A DNA stretch of 64,000 nt from the human T2T-CHM13v2.0 reference genome, Homo sapiens, in assembly GCF_009914755.1 (NCBI RefSeq), contig NC_060930.1. The stretch is one strand, 5' to 3'. Positions 42,611 through 56,124 of this stretch are shown in pieces (the stretch's first letter is position 1; each line of letters begins with the position of its first letter). A program made the translations under genes and the position numbers. Below the pieces are notes generated by a model. It was not told where the DNA came from, made no database searches, and saw only the letters and a list, made by a program, of their open reading frames with translations.

Positions 42611-44076
42611 CTCTGTGCCTGAGGGCAAGGAAGGGATACTATAGAGGGTAGGGAAGACCATGACCAAAGATAAATTTTGCCTACTTCACAAATTTGTATG
42701 GAATATAAATTGTATATACTGCATAAATCATTTAAGTCATAATAGCTTATTAATCATACCATCTTACATTCTCAAACATGATTAACTGAGAATTTTCTGT
42801 AATTTCCCTTCACTTTTACAAACAGTAACTATTAATGTCAAAGTATCATCATTGTATTTCACGATTTTCAGTTCAAGATGAGGTCCAATTTAAGACAACT
42901 TGGAGGCAAGAACATCAAATCTGCAAATCACAGAGCTGTCTGGTGACTTTTCTTACTGAGTACTGCCAGCAAGCACTGGCTATCTTTATCTTGATAAGCA
43001 CTACTAAAACATCTCAAGTGGAGGGGTCATAGTCCCATCACTGGGATTAAAAACCAAAATATATAGATGATTTACATTTGTAGATTCTAAACTTGCTAAC
43101 CCAAATGGCGAAATGAGTTACTAGAAACGAGAACCAGTATTTTCATAAACTACAAAGTTTCTAGTAAAAGTTATTTTAGCTACCAATTCAGTTTTTTAAG
43201 AACCTTGTTGATCTTTCTATTGTCTTAACTAGAGTCTTGTTCATATAGAAAATAAGTTAGTGAAGTGAATTATTGTGGCTTCAACTCTGAAAAGGAAGCA
43301 GGATGGGAGAGAGGAGAAAGCACAGTCAAGGGGGATTATTTCATGGCCACAGACTGCATCACAGCTGTGGCTGGGATTTCACAAATGTGTATGTACCAAC
43401 AGTCAAATGAAGGACTGTGAGAGAATGTGTATGGCTGAGCTCACTTAGGAACCACGACTGGGAAAACAATTACCTGGAAAGAGATGGCCTACTGATACCA
43501 AGTACAGTATTATCTTTAGCGTAAAAACTTCAGTCATGAGATAAGAGATTATTATTTGAATTGCTAGTCTTCAACTACAGAACTAATAAAAGTTAAGCAA
43601 CAACTACCCCCACCACAACCCCCAACTCTCCCTTCTTTCACAAGAGAAATAATCTAGTTTGGCAAGTCTCCTCTCCTTTATATGACATTCCTTTTTATTA
43701 TATTTAAATACACCTTTTTGAACAAATTATGCAGAAAAGTATTACGACTGAGGATTTTTTAGGGGGAGTAATAATAAATTACTGGGGTTGAAGAAGGATT
43801 AAAAGGTTTCATTTATTGTTTTGGACTTCTGATTTCTCTGTCAATTTAGTTGTTAAATGTGGGAAAGTTACTAAGAATTTATCATTTTAGTTGTGCCATT
43901 CTCATTCCTTGTGTACATACTTGTCCAAGGACTCTTAGGGTAACGCCAGCAAATTACATCAGGTGTCCCACTACAATGATTAAATTAAAACAGGAATTCT
44001 TGGTGTCGCTTCCCTGAATTTAACTTCTTGAAAACAAATGAACTGTTAAACATATATGTGACAAACTAGCATAATC

Positions 44077-44370
44077 TTTTTTTTTTTTTTTGAGACAGTC
44101 TCGCTCTGTCGCCCAGGCTGGAGTGCAGTGGCGCAATCTCATCTCACTGCAAGCTCTGCCTCCTGGGTTCAAGCGATTCTCCCGCCTCAGCCTCCTGAGT
44201 AGCTGGAACTACAGGTGCACGCGACCACGCCCAGCTAATTTTTTGTATTTTTAGTAGAGACGGGGTTTCACCGTGTTAGCCAGGATGGTCTCAATCTCCT
44301 GACCTCGTGATCTGCCCGCCTCAGCCTCCCAAAGTGCTGGGATTACAGGCGTGAGCCACCGCACCTGGCC
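44077..44370 (-). mobile_element. AluSc/Y-like
   Basis: TSD caaactagcataa. Confidence 0.95.
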
Positions 44371-44437
44371 CAAACTAGCATAAATTTTTAAAATAACATA
44401 CCCTCAATTTACAGAGTGTGCATCATTTCAAATTGCA

Positions 44438-44760
44438 GGCCAGGCACAGTGGCTCATGCCCATAATCCCAGCACTTTGGGAAGCTGAGGAAGGAGATTAG
44501 CATGAGCCCAGGAGTTTGAGATCAGCCTGGGCAACATAGTGGGACCCTGTTTCTATTAAAAAAAAAAAAAACAAACCAAAACTAGCCAGGCATTGTGGCA
44601 TGCACCTATAGTCCCAGCTACTTGGGGGGCTTAGGCAGGAGGATTGTTTGAACACAGAAGGTTAAGGCTGCAGTGAGTTGTGATTGTGCCAGTCTGGGTG
44701 GCAGAGTGAGACTCTGTCTCAAAAACTAAATAAATAATAATTTAAAAAAATAAAATAAAA
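44438..44760 (+). mobile_element. AluJ-like
   Basis: TSD aaattgca. Confidence 0.92.
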
Positions 44761-44964
44761 TTGCAACATAAAAATAGCAGATGACCTTTTGCTATTTCTC
44801 ATCTCCAACAACTCAGTAAATCTACCAAACATACTTGTACAAGTACTTACGCCACTAACAAGTAACTATTAAGCCAAAGGAGGGATTTTGAGGACAATGA
44901 AAAAGCGGTAGAAGTTATTTACCATAATTGTTGTTTTACTACATTTTTGAAAAAGCAGGAATTT

Positions 44965-47728
44965 TTATATTAATACCAAATAAAGTAGACTTCAGAGCAA
45001 AGAAAATTACCAGAGACAAGGAGGGACATTATATATCATGATAAAAAGTTAAACCCACCAAGAATATATAGCAATACCCAAATGTACATCCACCAAACAG
45101 AGCTGTAAAATATATGAAGGAAAACCTGGTAGTACGGAAAGGAGAAATAAACAAATCCATAATTATAGCAGGAGACTTCAACATTCCTCTCTCAACAATT
45201 GCTAGAACAACTAGACAGAAAATCAGCAAAAATGTAGAGGAACTCAACAATATTATAAACCAACAGGATGTAATCAACATTTATAAAATACTCTACCTAA
45301 TAAGAAAATACATAGCCTTTTAGCATGCTCAGGGAATATATACCAAAACAGAATACATCATGGCCATAAAATAAATTTGAATATATTTAAAAGAATGAAA
45401 ATCATGCAAAGTATGTGTTCTCTGATCATAACGAAATCACACTAGAAGTAAATAATAGAAAGATAATAGGAAAATGGAAGCCTGGACACATTTGCAAACT
45501 AAACACCACACTCAGAAATAATTCATGAGTGAAAGAGGAGGTATCGGGGAGATTTAAAAAATATATTGAATAGGATGAAAATGAAAATACAACATATCAA
45601 AATTTGTGGGACACAGCTGAAGCAGTGCTGAGAGGGAAATTTATAACACTACATATATACATTAAAAAATAAAAAATTCAAATAAATGATCTAAAATTCT
45701 ATGTCAAGAGCCTAGGGAAAGAAGAGCAGTATAAACTGAGAATCAAGCAGACAGAAGAAAATAATAAAGAACAAACATCAATGAATTTGAAAACAGAAAA
45801 ACAAAAGAGTAAAAGAAAATCAGTGAAACAAACTGCTGGTTCTTTGAAAAGAAAAAAAAATTGAAAAACCTCTAGCAAGACTGACACGGGAATTAAGAGA
45901 AGACATAAATTACCAATATCTATTAGGAATGAAACAGAGGATTATTGCAAAAAAAAAAAAACAAACCTGCAAAGACCAAAAGATAATAATGGAATACTGT
46001 GAACATTCTATACTCATACATTTGACAAGTTAGACAAAATGGGTCAATTCCCACCATAACTCCATAACTCACCTACTATGAAATAGATCACCTGAATAGC
46101 CCTATTGCTATTAAGAAAATTGAATTTGTGATTTTTAAAAACTCCCCCAAAATAAATTTCCAAATCCAGTTTATTTCACTGGATAACTCCACCAAACATT
46201 TAAAGAATTAACTCCAATTTTACATAATATTTTCCAGAAAACAAGGAGGGAAAAATTTTCAATTATTTTTATGAAGCTAGTATTAACCTAATACCAAAAC
46301 CAGACAAAGACAATACAAAAAAAGAAAAATACAGCCTCATGAAAATGGAGGCAAAAATCCTAAACAAAATATTAGCAAACAGAATTCCACAATGTATAAA
46401 AAGCATTATATATCAAGATTTAGGGGGATTTATTCCAGGAATGCATGGCTGGTTCAACATCTGAAAATCAATGCAATCTACCATTTTAACAGGCTAAGGA
46501 AGAAAAACCATATGTTCATATTAATTGATGCAGAAAAACATTTGAGTAAATTTAACACTCATTTATGATTTTTAAAAACTTTCAGAAAAATAAGAACAGA
46601 GTGGGAGTTACCTCAGCTTAAAAACTTCTACAAAAACCTACAGCTGTTTTTATACTTAACGGTGAAAGATGGAATGCTTTCCTCTTAAGATTGGGAAGAA
46701 GGAAAGAATATTTACTCTCACCACTCTTACACAACATAGTCCTGGAAGTTCTAGTCAGGGCAATAAGGCAAGAAAAGTAAATAAAAGCCATACAGATAAA
46801 AAACAACAACAACAACAAAAACAACAAACGGAATAAATAACAACTGTCCCTACTTATAGATGACACAATTATGTACATAGAAAATCCCAAGGAATTTATA
46901 AAAAACAACGAATTCCTAGAACTAATAAGGGAGTTGAGCAGGTTGCAGGATACAAAGTTAATATACAAGAGTGAATTGCTTTTCTATAGACCATCAGTGA
47001 ACAACTGGAATTTGAAATTAAAAGAATTACAATAAAAAAGAAAATAGGCATAAATCCAACAAAATATGTATAGACTCTATACACCAAAAACTACAAAACT
47101 CTGATCAAAGAAATCAAAAATCCAAATAAGTGGAGAAATATTCAATGCTCATAGATTGGAAGACTCAATACTAGTAAGGTGTCCATTTTTCCCATCTGTA
47201 AGTTCAACATTCCAAATATAATCTTGGCAAGCTATTTTGTAAATGTCAACAAACTGATTCAAAATTTTATATGGAAAGGCAAAAGACCTAGAACAGTCAT
47301 ACTAACTGTTTTCATGACTTATTATAAAGCTATCATAATTAATACAGCATGATATTGGTGAAAGGACAGATACACATATCAATGGAACAGAATAGAGAGC
47401 CCAGAAATAGACTGATAAAAATATGGTCAACTTATTGTTAACAAAGAAGTGGCCAGGTATGGTGGCTCACACCTGTAATCCCAGCACTTTGGGAGGCCAA
47501 GGCAAGAGGATTGCTTGAGCCCAGGAGTTCAAGACCAGCCGAAGCAACACAGGGAGACTCCACTACTACAAATAAAAAAAAAATTATCCAGGCATAGTGG
47601 CACCTGCCGGTGATCCCAGCTACTTGGGAGGCTAAGACAGGAGGGCTGTCTGAGCCAAGGATACCAGGGCAGTGAGCCGTGATCACACCACCACACTCCA
47701 GCCTAGATGACACAGTGAGAACTTGCCT

Positions 47729-47768
<40 letters not shown>

Positions 47769-47990
47769 AGTACAGGCAATTCAATGGAGAAAGGAAGAAA
47801 GGATAGTCTTTCCACCAAGTAATGATGAAATAATAGGACATCCATACGCAAAGAAAAGAAAGAAAACAAAATGATTCTAGACATAAACCTCATACCCTTA
47901 ACAAAAAGTAACTCAAAATGGATCACAGACCTAAATTTAATATATAAGACTAAAAAACATCTAGAAGAAAACATAAGAGAATATCTACAT
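44965..47990 (+). mobile_element. About 3 kb degenerate L1M ORF2 (endonuclease to RT to C-terminal), interrupted by an AluJ at 47451-47766
   Basis: ORF track fragment IIIAGDFNIPLS is the L1 endonuclease motif; RT-region motifs (ttaattgatgcagaaaaa, gatgacacaattatgtac); many stops and frameshifts. Confidence 0.9.
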
Positions 47991-48158
47991 CTAGATCACC
48001 CTGAATGATCTCACGCTTTCATCACTGACCAAACCTGTAATTACATCTCAGTCCTTTCTCCTGAATCTGAGGCCTATTTCTCTATCTACCTAATATATTT
48101 AATCTTGATGTCACACAGACATCTCGAATCAAAAAATAAAAAATAAAAAGCTGAACTC

Positions 48159-48452
<294 letters not shown>

Positions 48453-49500
48453 GCTGAACTCATCACCTTCCCCAAACCCATTGCACTACGCTACCACCTC
48501 TTATATTCCCTATCTCCACGAAGGCCTTCATTATACCTCCAGTTGTCCAGTGCAGACACCTGCAAGTCTGTGCCTAGCTAGGCTCCTCTGACACCCTTAC
48601 TAACCTCTTGTCAAGTTCTGAATATTCTACATCCTAGAAACTGTAAAATCTATCCCCTATCCTCAACCTCACTCCCAACCCCATCAAAACAGTCCCTCAC
48701 CATGTCTCTCCCAGATTAGAACGATAGCCTCCTTTCTGTCTCAATGCCTTTGCCACCTTCTAGCCTATTCTCTACACTGGAGAAGTCTTTCCAAAATGCA
48801 GATCTGATGATGATATAATCCTTTATAGGTTCCCCCTAACTTTCAAAATAAAATCCAGATTCTTCACATGGCATATAATTCCATTTCAGATTGCATCTCT
48901 GCCTATGTCTCCAATGATACTGAGTTCAACTTACTTACAGTTCTTCAAACACAGTAAATCTCATGGTTCTGTACTTTTGCACATGCTAATCTCTCTGACC
49001 AGAGCACCTTATCTCTCACTTCTTCAACTGGCCTCTCCTTAGTCAGGCTTCAAGAGCCAGCTGAGGCATTACTCTTCTACAGCGCTTACCCTGGCTACTC
49101 CCTTTCTGTATCCCCTCATCCCCAACCATCCAAAGCCTTTGCAGAATTCTCTTGCATGGCACTTACTAGTATATACCATAACTGCCTGTTTATCTTGCCC
49201 ACCTGTCTGTGAGCTCCTTGAGAATGAGACCTTTGCCTTATCTGTTTCTCCAGTGTCTGGCATGGAATGTTACACAGAGTAGATAATACATGTTTCTGAA
49301 ATAAATAAATGTGAGGCACGATATGGAAGAACTCTGATTGAAAATAAGAATTTGATTTTGAACCCATATGGGCTGAAAAAAGCGTATTCTGTCTTTTGCT
49401 CTAAATGAAAAACCAATGCCTCAACTTTCAATAATTCATATACTTTGGAACATAAGTAAAAAATATTATATTTACAAGCTTAAAAAAATCTAATGCAATA

Positions 49501-52210
49501 AGATAATGTAGCTCTAGCCCTCTCCCTCTCCCTCTCCCCACGGTCTCCCTCTCATGCGGAGCCGAAGCTGGACTGTACTGCTGCCATCTCGGCTCACTGC
49601 AACCTCCCTGCCTGATTCTCCTGCCTCAGCCTGCCGAGTGCCTGCGATTGCAGGCACGCGCCGCCACGCCTGACTGGTTTTGGTGGAGACGGGGTTTCGC
49701 TGTGTTGGCCGGGCCGGTCTCCAGCCCCTAACCGCGAGTGATCCGCCAGCCTTGGCCTCCCGAGGTGCCGGGATTGCAGACGGAGTCTCGTTCACTCAGT
49801 GCTCAATGGTGCCCAGGCTGGAGTGCAGTGGCATGATCTCGGCTCACTACAACCTACACCTCCCAGCCGCCTGCCTTGGCCTCCCAAAGTGCCGAGATTG
49901 CAGCCTCTGCCCGGCCGCCACCCCGTCTGGGAAGTGAGGAGTGTCTCTGCCTGGCCACCCATCGTCTGGGATGTGAGGAGCCCCTCTGCCTGGCTGCCCA
50001 GTCTGGAAAGTGAGGAGCGTCTGCGCCCGGCCGCCATCCCATCTAGGAAGTGAGGAGCGCCTCTTCCCAGCCGCCATCACATCTAGGAAGTGAGGAGCGT
50101 CTCTGCCCGGCCGCCCATCGTCTGAGATGTGGGGAGCGCCTCTGCCCCGCCGCCCCATCTGGGTTGTGAGGAGTGCCTCTGCCCGGCCGAGACCCCGTCT
50201 GGGAGGTGAGGAGCGTCTCTGCCCGGCCGCCCTGTCTGAGAAGTGAGGAGACCCTCTGCCTGGCAACCACCCCGTATGAGAAGTGAGGAGCCCCTCCGTC
50301 CGGCAGCTGCCCCGTCTGAGAAGTGAGGAGCCTCTCCGCCCGGCAGCCACCCCATCTGGGAAGTGAGGAGCGTCTCCACCCGGCAGCCACCCCGTCCGGG
50401 AGGGAGGTGGGGGGGGTCAGCCCCCTGCCCGGCCAGCCGCCCCATCCGGGAGGGAGGTGGGGGGTCAGCCCCCCCGCCCGGCCAGCCGTGCCATCTGGGA
50501 GGGAGGTGGGGGGGTCAGCCCCCCGCCCGGCCAGCCGTGCCGTCCGGGAGGGAGGTGGGGGGTCAGCCCCCCGCCCGGCCAGCTGCCCCGTCCGGGAGGT
50601 GAGGGGCGCCTCTGCCCGGCCGCCCCTACTGGGAAGTGAGGAGCCCCTCAGCCTGGCCAGCCACCCTGTCCGGGAGGGAGATGGGGGGGTCAGCCCCCCC
50701 ACCCGGCCAGCCGCCCCGTCCGGGAGGGAGGTGGGGGGGTCAGCCCCCCGCCTGGCCAGCCGCCCCGTCCGGGAGGTGAGGGGCGCCTCTGCCCGGCCGC
50801 CCCTACTGGGAAGTGAGGAGCCCCTCAGCCTGGCCAGCCACCCCGTCCGGGAGGGAGATGGGGGGGTCAGCCCCCCAACCCGGCCAGCCGCCCCGTCCGG
50901 GAGGGAGGTGGGGGGGTCAGCCCCCCGCCTGGCCAGCCGCCCCGTCCGGGAGGGAGGTGGGGGGGTCAGCCCTCCGCCCGGCCAGCCGCCCCGTCTGGGA
51001 GGTGAGGGGCGCCTCTGCCCGGCCGCCCCTACTGGGAAGTGAGGAGCCCCTCTGCCCGGCCAGCCGCCCGGTCCAGGAGGGAGGTGGGGGGGTCAGCCCC
51101 CCGCCCGGCCAGCCGCCCCGTCCGGGAGGGAGGTGGGGGGGTCAGCCCTCCACCCGGCCAGCCGCCCCATCTGGGAGGTGAGGGGCGCCTCTGCCCGGCC
51201 GCCCCTACTGGGAAGTGAGGAGCCCCTCTGCCCGGCCAGCCGCCCGGTCCGGGAGGGAGGTGGGGGGGTCAGCCCCCCGCCCGGCCAGCCGCCCCGTCCG
51301 GGAGGGAGGTGGGGGGGTCAGCCCTCCGCCCGGCCAGCCGCCCCGTCTGGGAGGTGAGGGGCGCCTCTGCCCGGCCGCCCCTACTGGGAAGTGAGGAGCC
51401 CCTCTGCCCGGCCAGCCGCCCCGTCCGGGAGGGAGGTGGGGGGGTCAGCCCCCTGCCCGGCCAGCCGCCCCGTCCGGGAGGTGAGGGGCGCCTCTGCCCG
51501 GCCGCCCCTACTGGGAAGTGAGGAGCCCCTCTGCCCGGCCAGCCGCCCCATCCGGGAGGGAGGTGGGGGGGTCAGCCCCCTGCCCGGCCAGCCGCCCCGT
51601 CCGGGAGGTGAGGGGCGCCTCTGCCCGGCCGCCCCTACTGGGAAGTGAGGAGCCCCTCTGCCCGGCCACCACCCCGTCTGGGAGGTGTGCCCAACAGCTC
51701 ATTGAGAACGGGCCAGGATGACAATGGCGGCTTTGTGGAATAGAAAGGGGGGAAAGGTGGGGAAAAGATTGAGAAATCGGATGGTTGCCGTGTCTGTGTA
51801 GAAAGAAGTAGACATGGGAGACTTTTCATTTTGTTCTGCACTAAGAAAAATTCTTCTGCCTTGGGATCCTGTTGATCTGTGACCTTACCCCCAACCCTGT
51901 GCTCTCTGAAACATGTGCTGTGTCCACTCAGGGTTAAATGGATTAAGGGTGGTGCAAGATGTGCTTTGTTAAACAGATGCTTGAAGGCAGCATGCTGGTT
52001 AAGAGTCATCACCACTCCCTAATCTCAAGTACCCAGGGACACAAACACTGCGGAAGGCCACAGGGTCCTCTGCCTAGGAAAACCAGAGACCTTTGTTCAC
52101 TTGTTTATCTGCTGACCTTCCCTCCACTATTGTCCCATGACCCTGCCAAATCCCCCTCTGTGAGAAACACCCAAGAATTATCAATAAAAAAATAAATTAA
52201 AAAAAAAAAA
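49501..52210 (+). mobile_element. Full-length SVA retrotransposon, SVA_E-like, antisense to SESN1
   Basis: (CCCTCT)3 at about 49518-49537; Alu-like region to about 49900; VNTR about 49900-51690; SINE-R to 52180; AATAAA at 52183 plus A tail; 19-bp TSD AAAAAAATCTAATGCAATA (49482-49500, 52203-52221) at a TT|AAAA L1-EN site. Subfamily from recalled diagnostics (ctcatgcggagccg, ggttttggtggag, ctacaacctacacc). Confidence 0.97.
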
Positions 52211-53237
52211 TCTAATGCAATATTTTTGCTGTCAACATTCACTGAAACAGTGACAAGAAGAATGACCTTCACAAATGCCCTCCCTTAATCTTTTGTCTTC
52301 CAAGATCACAAAGGCCTCAATAAACATTCAGATATCTCCAACTGACCCTGCTTGTATGTGGTGCAGGCAGTTTAACCACAGGTGAATAGTTTGAGGAGCC
52401 ACCTTCCTGAGACATTCATTCCTCCACCTCCCTTGTTTACTTGTCTTGAGATCTGCACCACAGTATTGCACCGTGGGTTTAGTTAACAAAAGTAGTGAAA
52501 GTATTTTTAAAGGATTACTGTTAAAAGGTAGTGACTGCATAGGAAATACCAAGGCTGTGCTCTGAAAAGGCAGCCACCTTCTCTAGCCTCTCTGTTTAAC
52601 ACAACCAGGTTTATTAGAACAGATAGAAGGGCCTTTACAAAATCTTTCCCAGAGGACCTCTAACCTCTGAGAGGAGTGAACTCCTTCCACAGGGGATAAT
52701 ATGGTGACAAGCCTGTGGGTAGATGGCCACAAGTAGGAGAATTTTTTTTATGTCAAATTTTAAAATCTTATTCCCTAATACAGCTATGCTTATTTTTAAC
52801 CTAAAATAATGCTGTTCATTACTTACCAGTTAAATTACCTATCTCTTCCTCATCCCTGCCTCCCATTCCCCTGATTCTAAATTCCAGGAAGATACATCAC
52901 AATTTATTCTATGTGTTCCTGCATACCCTGGGATATGGCCATATATCACAGGCTGTAATCCTACTCCAATGTGTGAAGTTCAGAGCTATAAAAAGTGACG
53001 GGATGAGTACTTAAAACATAACAATGGTTTCCTTCTCTGTTTCCTCCACTAAACAGCAAGTCTCTCTAGGACTTAGTGTCTTTGTCCTTTTTGCTTAGCA
53101 CGCTTCTTTGTACAGAGCTAGCTTTCAACAAACACCTGTAGAACATGTGTATGAATAAATGACAGCTATGATTTCTGCAAGGCTTTGAGAACATCTTGGC
53201 ACATAAAAGTAGGAAAAGTTGGTATCAAAAAAAAGAG

Positions 53238-53776
53238 GATGAATGGATTTTTAAAATGTGTTATATACACACAATGGAATACTACTCAGCCATAAAAAAG
53301 AAGGAATCCTGTCATTTACAGCAACATGGATGGAACTGAATTTATGATAAGTAAAATAAGCCAGGAACAGAAAGTTAAACATCGTATGTTCTCACTCATA
53401 TGTGAAAGCCAAAAAAAAAAAGTTGATCTCATGGAAGTAAAAGGTAGAAGAGAGGTTACTAAAAGCTGGGAAGAGTAGGGGGAAAGGGGGGAATATGAAG
53501 AGATCTGCTAAAGTATACAAAATTATAGCTAGATAAGCAGAATAAGTTCTAGTGTTCCATAGCAATGTAGGATAACTATAGTTAACAATATTATATATTT
53601 TCAAACAGCTAGAAGAGAGGAAATTGAATGTTTTCAACACAAAGAAATAACTGTTTAGATGACGGATTTGCTAATTATCCTGATCTGATCACTGCACATT
53701 GTAATTGAAACACTATTATGTACCCCATAATTATGTACAATTATTATGTGTCAGTTAAAAAATAAAAAATAAAAAG
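53238..53776 (+). mobile_element. L1MA-type 3' end
   Basis: cacaatggaatactactcagccataaaaaagaa...aataagttctagtgtt...A-rich tail. Confidence 0.88.
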
Positions 53777-55757
53777 GAGAGGGGACGTATATTTATATTA
53801 ATATATTATATACTAATATTGATGTATAATATATATTATGTTGAAATCATTACATATATATTTATATGTATTTTTTAATAGCATAGAACTGAAAGGAAGT
53901 TAACTTACCAAAATACCCTCTTTAAAAAATTCTCAAGAAAGTTGCATCATGGGAATTAAATGTCAAAACAAATAAATACCCAGAGAAGAGGAAGTAAATA
54001 CATCTCCATGTCTGACTTTGGTTTGAAACATAGGCAACAGCTTTAAAAGAAATTTTAAAATGAAGATTTATAAAACAGTGTTGTAAAATACAACAAAGGA
54101 AAGGCTGTAAGTAAAGGAATAACAACTGATTTTTAAAACTCTGTATATGAAGTAAAATACTGGCCAATTTAGTGAAAAAGCCAAACTGGTGGATAGGCAT
54201 CTGATTTGACTACTTTTTCACTTTTCAACAGGTTTTATGGGATGACACAATCTTGCTCTACTCACAATGGAAGGGAGGAACTTCAAATCTAAACATGTCC
54301 AAACAGCAATAACTGGCCCAACTCAGAGCTGTTCAAAGACTGACCAATTGTGCTACCAGCTGAAGGTGGCATCTGTCTGCAACAGCGCCATTAAGTAGCA
54401 GTCAAAACATTCAGCGGCTAGAAGCAGAGAACACATCTCCAGCCTAGAAAAGACACACAGAATGCTATTGTTTAAATTGTTAAAAAAAAAAAAAAAAAGT
54501 CATTTTAATGTACAGTGAATCATAGACTTTCCATCTTGCAAAGGAGACAGTAGGGCAAGTCTTTAAATATTAAAAATAGACTTTAAATATATAAAACTGA
54601 TTGAAGGAGGAAAAATTAGTTGGACTGGTCTGAAAGACTGATGAAATTAGCTTCCTAAGAGAGGCAGGCAAACATCAAAGCAGTCTCTAACTTTCAAATA
54701 ACCTATCTATACAAATGGGCAGGCAGCAGAAGTTCCCTCCCATTCCTAAATCAATAGACTTACATAATCCTTAGGTCTCTCAGCCTAAAGGCAAAAGCTG
54801 ATTTCCAGTCTGACCACAGGAAGACCAACCTTCCAAGAGAGCTATCTTCTTTTAGTAATCATAAGGAATTAAAAAAATACTGCTGCCAACAATCACTCAT
54901 CCACCACTAGCATCCCTTCCTTTCCATTCTTACTTTCTGGTCTCCAGGTTCCAGCCTAGCAAAGGAAGGCAAGAAGGAACAAACACAGCTTCTACTGCTT
55001 AGGTAGGGGGAATGTGGTCCTCAGCCACCTCCATAGAAATAATATTATGAGTGGACGTTTGTTATGGTTAAAGTTGTTCAATTAGCATGACTTCAAGTAA
55101 GAAGGGCTGAATACCTTTTTTGAACTGATTCCTGAAGCTAATCACCAAATATTAATGCTGCTTAGACACAGAAATATAACCTGAGTCCTAAACAACTAAT
55201 TTGCAAACTAACTTCAGAAGCAAACAGGAAATCTCTTAAAAACAAAAAAAAACAACAAAAAAAAACTCATTTCAGAAATCAGTTTCATGATGGTTTAAAA
55301 CTTCTTTTGGATCAGTAGCTTTAAAATTGGTTTTATAAAACAGCAGGGTGCAATGAAATTTCAGAGGATCAGAATATTATAAAGATTTTTAAAAATTATT
55401 TACCAAACATTGAAACTGAGTCAGACAATAATGGTGCTACTTCAGTGAAAAATGTAACACATCAGTTGTGTATTTTTAACATAAAAGGAGTTGAACAAAC
55501 TGCAACATTGTATATTAGTGAGTAATACTATATGAATGGACTCTTTGAAGGAGAAAATGTAACCCTTTAAGGAATGTTTAAATAGGGTCCTCTTATTACC
55601 TTTTTGCTTACCATTAGAGGTCAAAGATGGGGTTCTAAAGTATGAAAAACACTTAAAAGCTTGTAGAATTACAAAGAGTTTAGAAATTGTGGTCACTGGT
55701 TTTCTTTTTTTCTGTAATTGAATACAAGATAAAAATGATAAATCATTAATGTGACAT

Positions 55758-56109
55758 TGTCTTACTCCATTTTGTGCCACTGTAACAGAATACCTGAGAC
55801 TGGGTAATTTATTTAAAAAATCTTTTGTTTTGTTTTGTTTTCTCTCACAGTTCTGGAGGCTGGAAAGTCCAGGGTCAAGATGCTGGCATTTGGTCTGATA
55901 AGGGCCTTCTTGCTATCTCCTTACATGACAGAAGACAGTCGAACAAAGGCAAGTTAGCCAAACCCTGTGTGAAGCCTCTTTTATAAGGACCTTAATTCCA
56001 CTGATGAAGGAGCAGCCCTCTGGCCTAATCACCTTTTAAAGACCCCACCTCTTAATACTATCACATTGACAGCACCCAAATTTTGGAGTGACACATTCAA
56101 ACCACAGCA
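55758..56109 (-). mobile_element. MaLR solo LTR (MST-like)
   Basis: TG...CA termini (tgtcttactcc ... cattcaaaccacagca); 5-bp TSD gacat/gacaa. Confidence 0.85.
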
Positions 56110-56124
56110 GACAACAATGGCTTA

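Noticed and set aside
42140-42667. 175-aa F/S/L-rich and 119-aa K/R/E-rich ORFs
   Set aside because: Translations of the GA low-complexity tract.
44965-47990. Endonuclease/reverse transcriptase-like peptides as a novel RT system
   Set aside because: Dead L1 ORF2 with many stops and frameshifts.
49900-51690. Repeat-spacer-like periodicity resembling a CRISPR array
   Set aside because: SVA VNTR units with no unique spacers and no cas genes, in eukaryotic DNA.
49514-52195. Many overlapping ORFs up to 239 aa
   Set aside because: All lie within the SVA (GC-rich VNTR, Alu-like region, SINE-R); repetitive, stop-poor artefacts.
54291-54300. Perfect p53 half site AAACATGTCC
   Set aside because: No adjacent second decamer; expected by chance.
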